From positions 32,696 to 96,695 of the forward strand of contig DATKSL010000041.1 of NCBI GenBank assembly GCA_035531675.1: a stretch of 64,000 nucleotides of DNA. Reading direction: 5' to 3'. Positions within the stretch are counted from its first letter, which is position 1, and each line of letters opens with the position of its first letter. The notes beneath the pieces were generated by a model. That model did no database searches, was not told where the DNA came from, and worked only from the letters and a program-made list of their open reading frames with translations. Origin of the DNA: Candidatus Binataceae bacterium. GTDB lineage: Bacteria; Desulfobacterota; Binatia; Binatales; Binataceae. The position numbers and the translations under genes are program-made. Shown piece by piece: positions 19,857-29,330 of the stretch.

Positions 19857-19888
19857 GCGTTAGCCTAAGGTCACCCCCAGGCTAACGC
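19857..19888 (-). terminator. Stem-loop GCGTTAGCCT-N12-AGGCTAACGC downstream of the dehalogenase-like gene
   Basis: Perfect 10-bp inverted repeat 20 bp past the stop at 19909. The minus-strand 3' flank is CACTTTATTC. It could also serve the divergent upstream region. Confidence 0.45.
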
Positions 19889-19908
19889 CCTATGGCGATA
19901 GCTGGAGC

Positions 19909-20790
19909 TCAGATCGAGCGATACCAATCAGCCAGGGCCGTGCCGATTTCGTGCGGCGAATCCTCTTGGATGAAGTGGATGCCGTTGACGGTGATCTCGC
20001 GCTGGTTTGGCCAGGTGCGGCAGAACTCGCGCTGAGCGCCGACCAGAATCGCGCCGGGATTGGCGTTCACGAATAGCTTCGGGATGGCGTTGCGGGCGAG
20101 CCACCGGGAATAGTTGCTGACGATCTCGACCACGTCCTGCGGTTCGCCGTCGATTGGAATCTCGCGCGGCCATTGCAGCATCGGGCGACGCCCTTCACCC
20201 GGCACGAGCCACGGCCGCCGATACGCGGCCATCTCGGGCTCGGTCAGCTTGCGGATGATGCTGCCGGGAAGAATCCGCTCGACGAACTGATTTTTCTGCA
20301 GAACGATTTCCTCGCCCTGCGGGCCGCGCATCGCTTCGAAGATCGGCCGCGCCTGCTGATTCCAATCCGTCCACGTAAGCGGCTGGACGATCGCTTCCAT
20401 GTAGGCCAATGCCTTGACGCGGGTTGGATTGCGACACGCCCAATGGAAGCCCAGCGCGGAACCCCAGTCGTGCACGACCAGCGTTACGTTGTGCAAGCCC
20501 AGCGCGTCGAACCAGCCGTCGAGGTAACGCGCATGGTCGACGAATCGATACGAGCCGTCAGGCGCTTTGCCCGAATCACCCATTCCGACCAGGTCGGGCG
20601 CGAGACAGCGGCCGAGACCGTCGAGATACGGGATGATGTTGCGCCACAGGTAGGACGAGGTGGGATTGCCGTGCAGGAACACGACCGGATCGCCGGCACC
20701 CTGGTCGACGTAAGAGATTTCCGTACCGAGCACCGCAAGCCGTTGGCGCGGATGCGGGTCGTGGGCGGAAATCGCCGGCCTATCGCTCAC
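19909..20790 (-). CDS. Haloalkane dehalogenase-type alpha/beta hydrolase (HLD-II, DhaA/LinB-like)
   Basis: 293 aa. VVFLHGNPTSSYLWRNIIP... is the hallmark HLD motif. A nucleophile elbow VHDWGS and a cap domain are present. The stop overlaps the upstream LLM gene. Confidence 0.8.
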   Translation of the reverse strand: MSDRPAISAHDPHPRQRLAVLGTEISYVDQGAGDPVVFLHGNPTSSYLWRNIIPYLDGLGRCLAPDLVGMGDSGKAPDGSYRFVDHARYLDGWFDALGLHNVTLVVHDWGSALGFHWACRNPTRVKALAYMEAIVQPLTWTDWNQQARPIFEAMRGPQGEEIVLQKNQFVERILPGSIIRKLTEPEMAAYRRPWLVPGEGRRPMLQWPREIPIDGEPQDVVEIVSNYSRWLARNAIPKLFVNANPGAILVGAQREFCRTWPNQREITVNGIHFIQEDSPHEIGTALADWYRSI

Positions 20791-21890
20791 CGCTCAGCTC
20801 CAAGCCACCTGCGCACGTCGGCCATCAGTTCGCTGGCGAAAAAGCGCATCGAGGCGGCCGCGGCTTCGAGCGCGATACCGCCGCAATCGATGTTGAGGAT
20901 CAGGCCGTCGGGGCGCAGCCGCGCGATCACTTCGGTGAGCTTTTTTTCGAGCACCGGCCGGTTGCCCCAGAACGCGAGATGGCGCGGGAAGTCCCCCATC
21001 ACGCGCTGCTCGCAAACCTTGGGATCGGACATCTCTTCGAACATGTTGCCGATCTCGCGATAAGCCGGGTATTGATCGCCGAATTTCTCGACGTAGCCGG
21101 TCATGTTGCGCGCGAAGACCTTCATCTGCACCGCCAGTGCCCGCGCCCCCATCGCAATCGCCGCGCGCTCGTCGGGGAGGCCGTAAAAGTTGACGCCGAG
21201 CAGAATCGTGCCGGCGTTACCCCATCGATTCCGGTATTCGTCGCGATAGGTGCGCATCAGCATCTCGATCAACTCGATCGGCGTACCGAGGTAGGCCGGG
21301 ATCAGGATTCCGAAGCCGTGGGTGGCCGCTTCGACGACCGAAGAGGGGCTGACCGAAACCGCGAAAAAGACCTGCGGCGCCTTTTGCGCGAATTGCGGCA
21401 CCAGCTCGAAATCGTGCACCCGCCAGAATTTGCCGTCCAGCGTATGGCGGGCGGTGGGCGCGTCGAGGATGGTCTTGATCATGCGGCAGAACTCCGAGGC
21501 GCGCGCCTTCGATTCGTTCTGATCGAAGCCCAGCCGCTCGTAGAGCCATGGATGGCCGCGGCCGATACCGATCATCACGCGTCCGCCGCTCAGCACGTCG
21601 GCGGCGGCGAAGTCCGACAGCGCCATCGCCGGATGATGGAACGGCGCGATCATGATCGCGGTGAGAAGCTTTATCCGTTCGGTGCGCGGCACCTGGGCCA
21701 GGAACAGCGCGAGCGGATCGGGCACCACCGAGAAGGTCGAGTCGGCGTGATCGAGGCCGTAGCTCTGGGTGGTCGAGAAGAGGTCGTAGCCGAGATGGTC
21801 GGCGATCACGATTTGCTCGCCGAGTTCGCGGTAGTAGGCGTGAGTAGTGCGGCCCGGGGTGAGCGATCCCTCAGTGAACAGTCCAATCAT
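20787..21890 (-). CDS. LLM-class (luciferase-like) flavin-dependent oxidoreductase/monooxygenase
   Basis: TIM-barrel LLM family protein (MIGLFTEGSLTPGRT...HLGYDLFSTTQSYG...). The ORF track extends to 21908. Confidence 0.75.
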   Translation of the reverse strand: MIGLFTEGSLTPGRTTHAYYRELGEQIVIADHLGYDLFSTTQSYGLDHADSTFSVVPDPLALFLAQVPRTERIKLLTAIMIAPFHHPAMALSDFAAADVLSGGRVMIGIGRGHPWLYERLGFDQNESKARASEFCRMIKTILDAPTARHTLDGKFWRVHDFELVPQFAQKAPQVFFAVSVSPSSVVEAATHGFGILIPAYLGTPIELIEMLMRTYRDEYRNRWGNAGTILLGVNFYGLPDERAAIAMGARALAVQMKVFARNMTGYVEKFGDQYPAYREIGNMFEEMSDPKVCEQRVMGDFPRHLAFWGNRPVLEKKLTEVIARLRPDGLILNIDCGGIALEAAAASMRFFASELMADVRRWLGAER

Positions 21891-21998
21891 CGAATTACAT
21901 CCTGACACGAAGTTGGGTCACGCTAAGACGCGACGGGCGCCCGGTGCGGACGCCCGTCGCGGTGCTTCATCGATTTGTCGTCAGGCGCCGAGAGCGCG

Positions 21999-22988
21999 TC
22001 AGGGCAGCGGGATGCGCTTGTCGAGCTCGGCCCAGCGCTGACCCGCGATGCGCGCGCCCTCGCGGATGTCCTCGGGTACCACATGGTACGGCGGCCGGCA
22101 CGGTCCGACCTTCATCCAGCCCGCGGCCTGCATGCGCTCCTTCTCGATGCCAATGTTGTACATCGAGAATTCCTTGAAGCTGCCGTGCGGGAACAGAGTC
22201 TGGACGGTCTTGCCCATCTCGTCGTTGATCTTCTTGGCGCGGCTCCAGTCGCCGGTCTGGCGCGCCTTGATGACCTCGTCGCGCAGCGCAAGGCTGGGCT
22301 TGGGGCCGCATACTGCGCCGCTGCTCCAGAAGGCGGTGACGAAATCGTCGACCCGCGCGCCGGCATAGTAATCGAGCTCGATCGGCATCAGCCGGATTCT
22401 GCGTTTCGAGAGATCGATATTCTGCAGCAGGCCGGCGACCCCGATGTACTTGCACGAAACGATCTGCGGAATCTCGCCGACCTGCGCCCAGAAGGCGTGG
22501 GGGAAGTCGAACTTGAAGGCCTCCGGATTGGCGTAGACCGAGATCGCCATGTTGGGGCAGGCCTCGGCCACGTCCTTGTAGAAGCGCACCGCGGTGGCGA
22601 CGCTCGGCGCACACCACATCGGGATGCCGAGCATGGTGCCGTCGGCGCCGAGATCGGCGGCGTAGCGCGTGAGCGCGATGGTGTCGCGGGTGTTGAGCGT
22701 GGTGGTGCCGACGAACACCGGGATACGGCCGCGCGCCGACTCGACCAGCGCCGCCATGAAGCGCTGCTTCTCGTCGAGCGTCAGGGTGGCGCCCTCGCCG
22801 AAGGTGCCCATCGAGAGCAGCCCGTCGACTCCGGCGCGGACCAGCGCGTCGACTGCGCGGGCGGTTTCGTCGAGGTCCAGCGTGTCGGTCATCCGCCAAT
22901 CCTCCGCGCCTTCCTTGGCCGTGGTCGGCAGAATTACCCACGCTCCGTTAACATCCTTGGCCGTCATCAACTCGCGCTTGGTTGGCAT
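21999..22988 (-). CDS. DHDPS/NAL-family class I aldolase; candidate trans-o-hydroxybenzylidenepyruvate hydratase-aldolase (NahE-like)
   Basis: 329 aa DapA-like fold. It lies immediately downstream of a NahD-like isomerase gene, as in nahD-nahE modules. The function is inferred from family plus synteny. Confidence 0.6.
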   Translation of the reverse strand: MPTKRELMTAKDVNGAWVILPTTAKEGAEDWRMTDTLDLDETARAVDALVRAGVDGLLSMGTFGEGATLTLDEKQRFMAALVESARGRIPVFVGTTTLNTRDTIALTRYAADLGADGTMLGIPMWCAPSVATAVRFYKDVAEACPNMAISVYANPEAFKFDFPHAFWAQVGEIPQIVSCKYIGVAGLLQNIDLSKRRIRLMPIELDYYAGARVDDFVTAFWSSGAVCGPKPSLALRDEVIKARQTGDWSRAKKINDEMGKTVQTLFPHGSFKEFSMYNIGIEKERMQAAGWMKVGPCRPPYHVVPEDIREGARIAGQRWAELDKRIPLP

Positions 22989-23039
22989 CGTCGTGCCTCC
23001 TGATAGTTGTTTTCGCGCCCCATCTAACTATTCCGCAAA

Positions 23040-23660
23040 CTAGGCGCGCGCGCCCTTCGACGCGTCGCGCAGCAAGTCCTCGACCATGTCGAGCCGGTCG
23101 TTGCCCCAGAACAGCTCGTCGTTGACGATCACGCTGGGCACGCCGAACACGCCGCGTTCGGAAGCCTCGGCGATCTCGCGCTCGGCCTCCTTGCGGATCT
23201 CGTCGGAATCGACCGCCTTCAAGAAGTCCGCGGCCGGCAATCCGGCGACCGCCGCCAGCTCGCGCAGCAGGGCGTCGTTCATCTCGGCGGCTTCGCCCCA
23301 GACCTTGCGATAGGCGGCGCTCAGGTAGGCAAGCTCTTTTTGGCGGCGTCGGGCGACCAGGAAGCCGCGGCCGATGCGCGGCGGAATAGTAGGGTCCATG
23401 TGCGAGACGCTCTCCGGCGAGACGAGCGGCACCCCGTAGCGGCGCGCCCAGCGGGCAAGGTCGGCGCGCAGGTAGCGATACTTGGGCGGCAGCGCATGAT
23501 TGGGTCGCCCGGTGGTTCCGGCGTTGCGCTTGATAACCTGGTTATCCACCACATGGTAGACCACGGTCGCGCCGTGGCGGGCGGCGAGATCGCCGATCCG
23601 CAGGCTGGCCAGATAAGAGAAGGGGCTGAAGAAATCAAAATAGAAATGAATTTGCGTCAT
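23040..23660 (-). CDS. 2-hydroxychromene-2-carboxylate isomerase family protein (NahD-like), paralog 2
   Basis: MTQIHFYFDFFSPFSYLAS...GVFGVPSVIVNDELFWGNDRLDMVEDL. The track ORF extends to 23903, but the internal ATG at 23660 matches the family N-terminus. Confidence 0.75.
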   Translation of the reverse strand: MTQIHFYFDFFSPFSYLASLRIGDLAARHGATVVYHVVDNQVIKRNAGTTGRPNHALPPKYRYLRADLARWARRYGVPLVSPESVSHMDPTIPPRIGRGFLVARRRQKELAYLSAAYRKVWGEAAEMNDALLRELAAVAGLPAADFLKAVDSDEIRKEAEREIAEASERGVFGVPSVIVNDELFWGNDRLDMVEDLLRDASKGARA

Positions 23661-23718
23661 GGTCTGTCCCCACTCTGACCGCTCACGCCTGCTCCTGACC
23701 CGTGATGGCCGCGCTCGC

Positions 23719-24339
23719 TTACAGATGCACCGCCGCCCCGGGATCGCGCAGGTACTCTTCGAGGAAGTCGATGCGGTCGTTGCCCCAGAATAACTGATCG
23801 CCGACGACAAAAGTCGGCACGCCAAAGACTCCGCGGGCCTGCGCTTCGAGATTTTCACGCGCGTACTCGGCGATGGTTTCGGGGGCGTCGGCAGCGGCTG
23901 CAAGCTCGCGCGGATCGAGGCCCGCTTTCGCGGCCACGTCTTTCAGCGTCGCCTCGCTCGGCTCGCGCCGGGCCTGCCATAACGCGGCAAAGGCGGCCGT
24001 GAGGTAGGCCTCGCCGGCGCCGCGGCGCGTGGCATACAGGAAGCCCCGATTGAGGCGCGCGGCGGCCTTGAGATCGACATGGGCGAGGGTTTCAGGAAAG
24101 GCCAGCGGAGCCTGGTAGCGTGCGGCCCAGCGCGCCAGGTCGGTTTTCAGATAGCGCAACTTGCGGGGCAGCAGATGGCTGGCCGGACGAGTATTGCCGA
24201 TGGCCTGCTTGGCGGCCTCGAGGTCGACTACGTGGAAGACGATCTCGGCGCCGAACTCGGCGCGCAGGCGCGGAAGCCGAAAGGTTGCGAGATAGCTGTA
24301 GGGGCTGAGGAAATCGAAATAGAAATCGACTTTGGCCAT
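23719..24339 (-). CDS. 2-hydroxychromene-2-carboxylate isomerase family protein (NahD-like), paralog 3
   Basis: 206 aa: MAKVDFYFDFLSPYSYLAT...GVFGVPTFVVGDQLFWGNDRIDFLEEYL. Confidence 0.75.
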   Translation of the reverse strand: MAKVDFYFDFLSPYSYLATFRLPRLRAEFGAEIVFHVVDLEAAKQAIGNTRPASHLLPRKLRYLKTDLARWAARYQAPLAFPETLAHVDLKAAARLNRGFLYATRRGAGEAYLTAAFAALWQARREPSEATLKDVAAKAGLDPRELAAAADAPETIAEYARENLEAQARGVFGVPTFVVGDQLFWGNDRIDFLEEYLRDPGAAVHL

Positions 24340-24428
24340 CTTATCCCGCCGCTCCCGGTGATACGGGCGGCGAGCCTAGCACGAATGCGCGGCGATGCGT
24401 GATCGGGCTGCCGGGCCGCGCGGCGTCG

Positions 24429-25031
24429 CTACGGGGTGCGGTTGACGGTGCGGCCAACGATTACCTCGTCGATGAGCCCGTACTCGACCGCCTGCGTCGG
24501 AGTCATGAAGGTATCGCGGTCGGTGTCGCGCTCGACCCGCTTGATATTCTGGCTGGTGTGATGGGCGAGGATATCGTTGAGCACCTCGCGCAGTCGCAGC
24601 GCTTCGCGCGCCTGGATATCGATGTCAGTGGCCTGACCCTCGAAGCCGCCCGAGAGCTGATGGATCATCATGCGGGCGTGGGGCAGGGCATAGCGGCGCC
24701 CCTTGGTGCCAGCCGTCAGCAGCACCGCGCCCATGCTCGCGGCCTGACCGACGCACAGCGTGGAGACCGGAGGTTTGACGAACTGCATGGTGTCGTAGAT
24801 CGCCAGGCCGGCGGTGACCGACCCGCCCGGCGAGTTGATGTACATGCTGATCTCTTTCTCGGGATCCTCGGATTCGAGGAACAGCAGCTGCGCAGTCACC
24901 AGGTTGGCGAGGTCGTCGCCGATCGGACCGCCGACAAAGATAATCCGGTCCTTCAGCAGGCGCGAATAAATATCGTAGGAACGCTCACCACGTCCGGTCT
25001 GCTCGACCACATAGGGCACCAAAACGCTCAT
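24429..25031 (-). CDS. clpP: ATP-dependent Clp protease proteolytic subunit ClpP
   Basis: 200 aa with the canonical ClpP sequence (...[17 protein letters not shown]...[17 protein letters not shown]...[10 protein letters not shown]...). The catalytic Ser/His/Asp context is present. Confidence 0.9.
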   Translation of the reverse strand: MSVLVPYVVEQTGRGERSYDIYSRLLKDRIIFVGGPIGDDLANLVTAQLLFLESEDPEKEISMYINSPGGSVTAGLAIYDTMQFVKPPVSTLCVGQAASMGAVLLTAGTKGRRYALPHARMMIHQLSGGFEGQATDIDIQAREALRLREVLNDILAHHTSQNIKRVERDTDRDTFMTPTQAVEYGLIDEVIVGRTVNRTP

Positions 25032-25128
25032 GAAGGGAAAATACTACATGGCGCGCGGAGCGTCGAGATGTCCCTGGCGGGCCCGAAAATGGCGCGCAGT
25101 TTCGAAGTTAATTTCGATTTGGCGACGC

Positions 25129-25146
25129 CGTAACAATTTCGTAACA
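25129..25146. promoter_or_regulatory. Candidate Pho-box-like direct repeat (CGTAACA-ATTT-CGTAACA) upstream of pstC
   Basis: Two identical 7-mers spaced by 4 bp (11-bp periodicity), about 85 bp upstream of the pstC start. The complement TGTTACG loosely resembles the CTGTCAT half-site. Confidence 0.3.
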
Positions 25147-25228
25147 CTACTTCCTTAATTTCCTTTTGCGGGCGGCATAGCATGCAGTTCATCCGATCGA
25201 AGCGTATCGGCAGGGCATATTAAGGCGG

Positions 25229-26230
25229 ATGCGCTTGGCAGAATTCCTCGAAGCGACGGCAGATACGGCGGCTGTGGGGAGAGGTGAGGGGCGCCGGCGT
25301 CCCGGCTTTGGCGTGCGGCCGTTCGGCGACCGCCTGTTCGCGTTTACCACCTTAGGGCTCGGGCTGATAATTCTCGCGATCCTGTTTGGACTGGCGCTCT
25401 CGCTGGTCCTCGGCTCCACCCCCTCGATCAAACAATTCGGACTGGGCTTCGTCGTCAGCACCGACTGGGACCCGGCCAATGATGTGTACGGGGCGCTGCC
25501 GTTTATCTACGGAACGGTGGTTTCCTCGACGCTGGCGCTGCTGATCGCGGTGCCGCTGAGCCTCGGCACGGCGCTCTACCTGAGCGAGACGGCGCCGGAA
25601 TGGCTGGGCCGCCGGATTGGATTCCTGGTCGAGCTGCTGGCCGCGATTCCAAGCGTGGTCTACGGCTTGTGGGGAATCTTCGTGCTCGGGCCATGGCTGC
25701 GCGATCACGTCGAGCCGGCGCTCGGTACGCTGGGCTTCGTGCCCTTGTTCACCGGGCCGCACATCTCGGTCAGCATGCTGTGCGCGGGGGTGCTGCTGGC
25801 GATCATGGTGCTGCCCTACATCGCGTCGGTCTGCACCGATGTCTTCCGGGCCGTGCCGCAGGTGCAGCGCGAGGCTGCGCTGGCGCTGGGGGCGACGCGC
25901 TGGGAGATGGTGCGCACGGCAGTGCTGCCATACGGACGTTCCGGAATAATCGGCGGTATCATCCTGGGGCTGGGACGGGCGCTGGGCGAAACTATCGCGG
26001 TGGCGATGGTGATCGGCAATCGCCCGCAAATCGCGGCCTCGCTGTTCGCGCCCTCTGCAACGCTGGCCAGCGTTATCGCCAACGAGTTCGCCGAGGCGAC
26101 CTCGAATCTCTACGTGTCGTCGCTGATGGAACTCGGGCTGGTGCTGCTCGCGGTCGGCGTGTTGCTGAACATCGCCGCCCGGGTCCTGGTGCTGAGCGTG
26201 ACGCGCGGGCAGGGGGACGAGACGCGATGA
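25229..26230 (+). CDS. pstC: Phosphate ABC transporter permease PstC
   Basis: 333 aa. It aligns by eye to PstC (…SIKQFGLGFVVSTDWDPANDVYGALPFIYGT…LLAAIPSVVYGLWGIF…). Confidence 0.85.
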   Translation: MRLAEFLEATADTAAVGRGEGRRRPGFGVRPFGDRLFAFTTLGLGLIILAILFGLALSLVLGSTPSIKQFGLGFVVSTDWDPANDVYGALPFIYGTVVSSTLALLIAVPLSLGTALYLSETAPEWLGRRIGFLVELLAAIPSVVYGLWGIFVLGPWLRDHVEPALGTLGFVPLFTGPHISVSMLCAGVLLAIMVLPYIASVCTDVFRAVPQVQREAALALGATRWEMVRTAVLPYGRSGIIGGIILGLGRALGETIAVAMVIGNRPQIAASLFAPSATLASVIANEFAEATSNLYVSSLMELGLVLLAVGVLLNIAARVLVLSVTRGQGDETR

Positions 26231-27090
26231 ACCGGAGCTCGGAAATGACCAGCCAGTTCCGCCGCAAGCTCAAGAGCGACGCGATGATCGCGGTCACCGC
26301 CGTGGCGACGCTGCTCGCGGTCGTGCCGCTGTTCCTGGTGCTCGGCTACCTGGTGAGCAAGGGCGCCAGCAGCCTCAACCTCAACTTTTTCACACAGATG
26401 CCCAAGCCGGTCGGCGAGCATGGCGGCGGGATGGCCAATGCGATCGTCGGGACCTTCGAGCTGGTCGGGATGGCCTGTCTGATCGGCGTCCCGGTCGGAA
26501 TCGGGGCCGGACTCTACCTGGCCGAACATCCCTTGACCTCGGTAGCCCGCGCGATCCGCTTCGCCGCCGACATCACCATGGGGGTGCCGTCGATCGTGGT
26601 AGGAATTTTCGCCTATGCGGTGGTGGTGCGGCCGATGCACGGATTTTCGGCCTTGGCCGGATCGTTCGCGCTGGCGGTCATCATGATTCCCCTGATCACC
26701 CGGACCACCGAGGAGATGGTCAAGCTGGTGCCGCGCGAGTTGCGCGAGGCGGCCCTGGCGCTGGGGGTGCCGCGCTGGCGCACCAGTCTCTCGATCGTGG
26801 TGCCGACCGCGATGACCGGGGTCGCCACCGGGGTGATCCTGGCGATCGCGCGGATCGCCGGCGAAACCGCGCCGTTGCTGTTCACCTCCTTCGGCAACCA
26901 GTTCTGGTCGACCTCGGTAACCCAGCCGATTGCCTCGCTGACCGTGCAGGTCTACGCCTTCGCGATCTCGCCCTTCGCCGACTGGCAACGTCAGGCCTGG
27001 GCGGGCGCGCTGGTCCTCACCTGCATCGTGCTGGCGCTTGAAATCGGCGTAAGATGGATGACCAGGGGCGCCGCGCGGGTGCCCAGATAG
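26227..27090 (+). CDS. pstA: Phosphate ABC transporter permease PstA
   Basis: MNRSSEMTSQFRRKLKSDAMIAVTAV... 287 aa. The ATG overlaps the pstC stop (ATGA). The track ORF 25600..27090 is an in-frame 5' extension over pstC. Confidence 0.85.
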   Translation: MNRSSEMTSQFRRKLKSDAMIAVTAVATLLAVVPLFLVLGYLVSKGASSLNLNFFTQMPKPVGEHGGGMANAIVGTFELVGMACLIGVPVGIGAGLYLAEHPLTSVARAIRFAADITMGVPSIVVGIFAYAVVVRPMHGFSALAGSFALAVIMIPLITRTTEEMVKLVPRELREAALALGVPRWRTSLSIVVPTAMTGVATGVILAIARIAGETAPLLFTSFGNQFWSTSVTQPIASLTVQVYAFAISPFADWQRQAWAGALVLTCIVLALEIGVRWMTRGAARVPR

Positions 27091-27096
27091 ACCCTT

Positions 27097-27864
27097 ATGG
27101 CCGACAAGCTTATTTGCCGCAATCTGAACGCCTACTTCAGCCGTGGCCAGGTTCAGGCCCTCACCAATGTCAACCTTAACGTCGGCGTTAATCTGGTGAC
27201 CGCGATCATCGGCCCGTCGGGATGCGGTAAATCGACGCTGGTGCGATGCCTCAACCGGATGCACGAGGAAGTGCCGGGAGCGAGCGCCGTCGGCGAAGTG
27301 CTGCTCGACGGTGACGATATCTACGCCGCCGGTCTCGACCCCGCGCAAATCCGCCGGCGCATCGGGATGGTGTTCCAGAAGCCCGCACCGTTCCCGACCA
27401 TGTCGATTGCCGAGAACGTCGCGGCCGGGCTGCGGCTCAATAGCGCCCGCTTGAGCCGCGCCGAGCGCGATGAGATTGTCGAACGCAGCCTGCATAACGC
27501 GGCGCTATGGGAAGAGGTCAAGGACCGCCTCGACGCGCCGGGAGTGAGCCTCTCGGGCGGCCAGCAACAGCGCCTGTGCGTGGCCCGTGCGCTGGCAGTG
27601 GAGCCCGAGGTGCTGCTGATGGACGAGCCGTGCTCGGCGCTCGACCCGATCTCGACCGCGCGCATCGAGGAGCTGCTGCTCGAGCTCAAGGAGCGCTACA
27701 CGATCGTAATCGTCACGCACAACATGCAGCAGGCGGCGCGGACCTCGGATTACACCGCCTTCATGTACAACGGCGAACTGGTCGAGTTCGGCGGCACCAA
27801 GCAGATCTTCACCAATCCGACTCGGCCCGAGACCGAGGACTATATTACCGGGCGCTTCGGTTAG
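27097..27864 (+). CDS. pstB: Phosphate ABC transporter ATP-binding protein PstB
   Basis: 255 aa. Walker [10 protein letters not shown], signature LSGGQQQRL, Walker B LLMDEP. Confidence 0.9.
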   Translation: MADKLICRNLNAYFSRGQVQALTNVNLNVGVNLVTAIIGPSGCGKSTLVRCLNRMHEEVPGASAVGEVLLDGDDIYAAGLDPAQIRRRIGMVFQKPAPFPTMSIAENVAAGLRLNSARLSRAERDEIVERSLHNAALWEEVKDRLDAPGVSLSGGQQQRLCVARALAVEPEVLLMDEPCSALDPISTARIEELLLELKERYTIVIVTHNMQQAARTSDYTAFMYNGELVEFGGTKQIFTNPTRPETEDYITGRFG

Positions 27865-27879
27865 CGCCGGGAGGGCGGC

Positions 27880-28578
27880 ATGAATGTTACTCAACCGCAG
27901 CACACCAACCGTCAGTACGAGGAGGAGTTGCGCGGCTTGCGCGCCGGACTCATCAAGATGGGCGGACTGGTCGAGAGCCAGATCACCGAGGCCGTCGAGG
28001 CACTGGTGGAGCGCGATTCCGTCCACGCCCGGACGGTGATCGAGCGCGACGCCGAGGTCAACCGCATGGATATCGAGACCGACGGCCGCTGCATCAACCT
28101 GCTGGCGCTGCATCAGCCGGCCGCCAGCGACCTGCGCTTCATCACCACCGGCCTCAAGATCACTACCGACCTCGAGCGCATCGGCGACAACGCGGTCAAC
28201 ATCTGCGAGCGCGCCCTGGAGCTCAACGAAGAGCCGCAGCTCAAACCCTATATCGACATTCCGCGGATGGCTTCGATCGCGCAAACGATGGTCAAGGACA
28301 GCCTCGACGCCTTCATGCGCAACGACACCACGCTGGCCGAGCAGGTGATCGCGCGCGACGACGAAGTCGACCTCCTCAACTACCAGATCTACCGCGAGCT
28401 GCTGAGCTTCATGGCCGAGGATCCGCACACCATCGGGGTGGCAACCCGGGTGCTGTTCGTTTCCAAGTACCTCGAGCGGATCGCCGACCACGCAACCAAT
28501 ATCGCGGAGATGGTGGTCTACATGGTTGAAGGCAAAAACATCAAGCATATGGATCCCAAACACGAGCAACCATCATGA
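27880..28578 (+). CDS. phoU: Phosphate signalling complex protein PhoU
   Basis: 232 aa with two PhoU repeats (…DLERIGDNAVNICER… / …LERIADHATNIAEMV…). Confidence 0.9.
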   Translation: MNVTQPQHTNRQYEEELRGLRAGLIKMGGLVESQITEAVEALVERDSVHARTVIERDAEVNRMDIETDGRCINLLALHQPAASDLRFITTGLKITTDLERIGDNAVNICERALELNEEPQLKPYIDIPRMASIAQTMVKDSLDAFMRNDTTLAEQVIARDDEVDLLNYQIYRELLSFMAEDPHTIGVATRVLFVSKYLERIADHATNIAEMVVYMVEGKNIKHMDPKHEQPS

Positions 28579-29330
28579 GCTCAACGATGACTCAGCCGCA
28601 GCAGCCGGAGACGCGGGCGCCGGTGCATAATCGCATCCTGGTGGTCGAGGACGAGAGCGAGATTCGCGAGTTGATCCGCTACAACCTCGAGCGCGAGGGC
28701 TTCGCGGTCGAGGAGCGCGGCGACGGCGCCAGCGCGCTGACCCGCATCCGCCAGCATCCGCCCGACCTGGTGGTGCTCGATCTGATGCTGCCCGGGATGC
28801 CCGGACTCGAGATCTGCCGCCAGCTTCGCGCCGATGCCGAGCTGGCCAGTCTGCCCATCCTGGTGGTTACCGCGCGCGGCTCGGAGGTCGATCGCGTGAT
28901 CGGCCTGGAGATGGGCGCGGACGATTACGTGGTCAAGCCCTTTTCGCCGCGCGAGCTTGTCGCACGGGTGCGCGCGCTGCTGCGCCGCGCCGGCCATGCC
29001 AGCGAGCCGGCGAGCGATGGCCTCTACGAACGCGGCCGCCTGCGGATCGATTTCGACACCTACCAGGTGTGGGTCGAAGGCGAGCGCGAAACCCTGGCGC
29101 TGCGCGAATTCGAGCTGCTGCGCTTCTTCGTGCAGCATCCGCTGCGCGTCTACACCCGCGAACAACTGCTCGACATGGTGTGGGGACGCGACACCTTCGT
29201 CGAGCCGCGCACGGTCGACGTTCACGTCCGCCGCCTGCGCCAGCATATCGAGCGCGACGACGCCAATCCCCTGCTGATCCTGACCGTCCGCAGCGTCGGC
29301 TACCGCTTCGACCCCAGCGCGCTTGACTAG
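28575..29330 (+). CDS. phoB: Phosphate regulon response regulator PhoB (OmpR family)
   Basis: The receiver domain (LVVEDESEIREL...DLVVLDLMLPGM) is followed by a winged-helix output domain. Confidence 0.85.
   Translation: MSSTMTQPQQPETRAPVHNRILVVEDESEIRELIRYNLEREGFAVEERGDGASALTRIRQHPPDLVVLDLMLPGMPGLEICRQLRADAELASLPILVVTARGSEVDRVIGLEMGADDYVVKPFSPRELVARVRALLRRAGHASEPASDGLYERGRLRIDFDTYQVWVEGERETLALREFELLRFFVQHPLRVYTREQLLDMVWGRDTFVEPRTVDVHVRRLRQHIERDDANPLLILTVRSVGYRFDPSALD

Noticed and set aside
21967-23003. Alternative long ORFs 21967..22941 (-) and 21975..23003 (+) overlapping the DHDPS-family gene
   Set aside because: Only the 21999..22988 (-) frame gives a recognisable DapA/NAL-family fold. 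The others are Arg/Gly-rich shadows.
25600-27090. 496-aa ORF 25600..27090 as a single gene
   Set aside because: It is an in-frame 5' extension running antisense-frame through pstC. The real pstA starts at the ATG at 26227 (ATGA overlap with the pstC stop), giving a 287-aa PstA.
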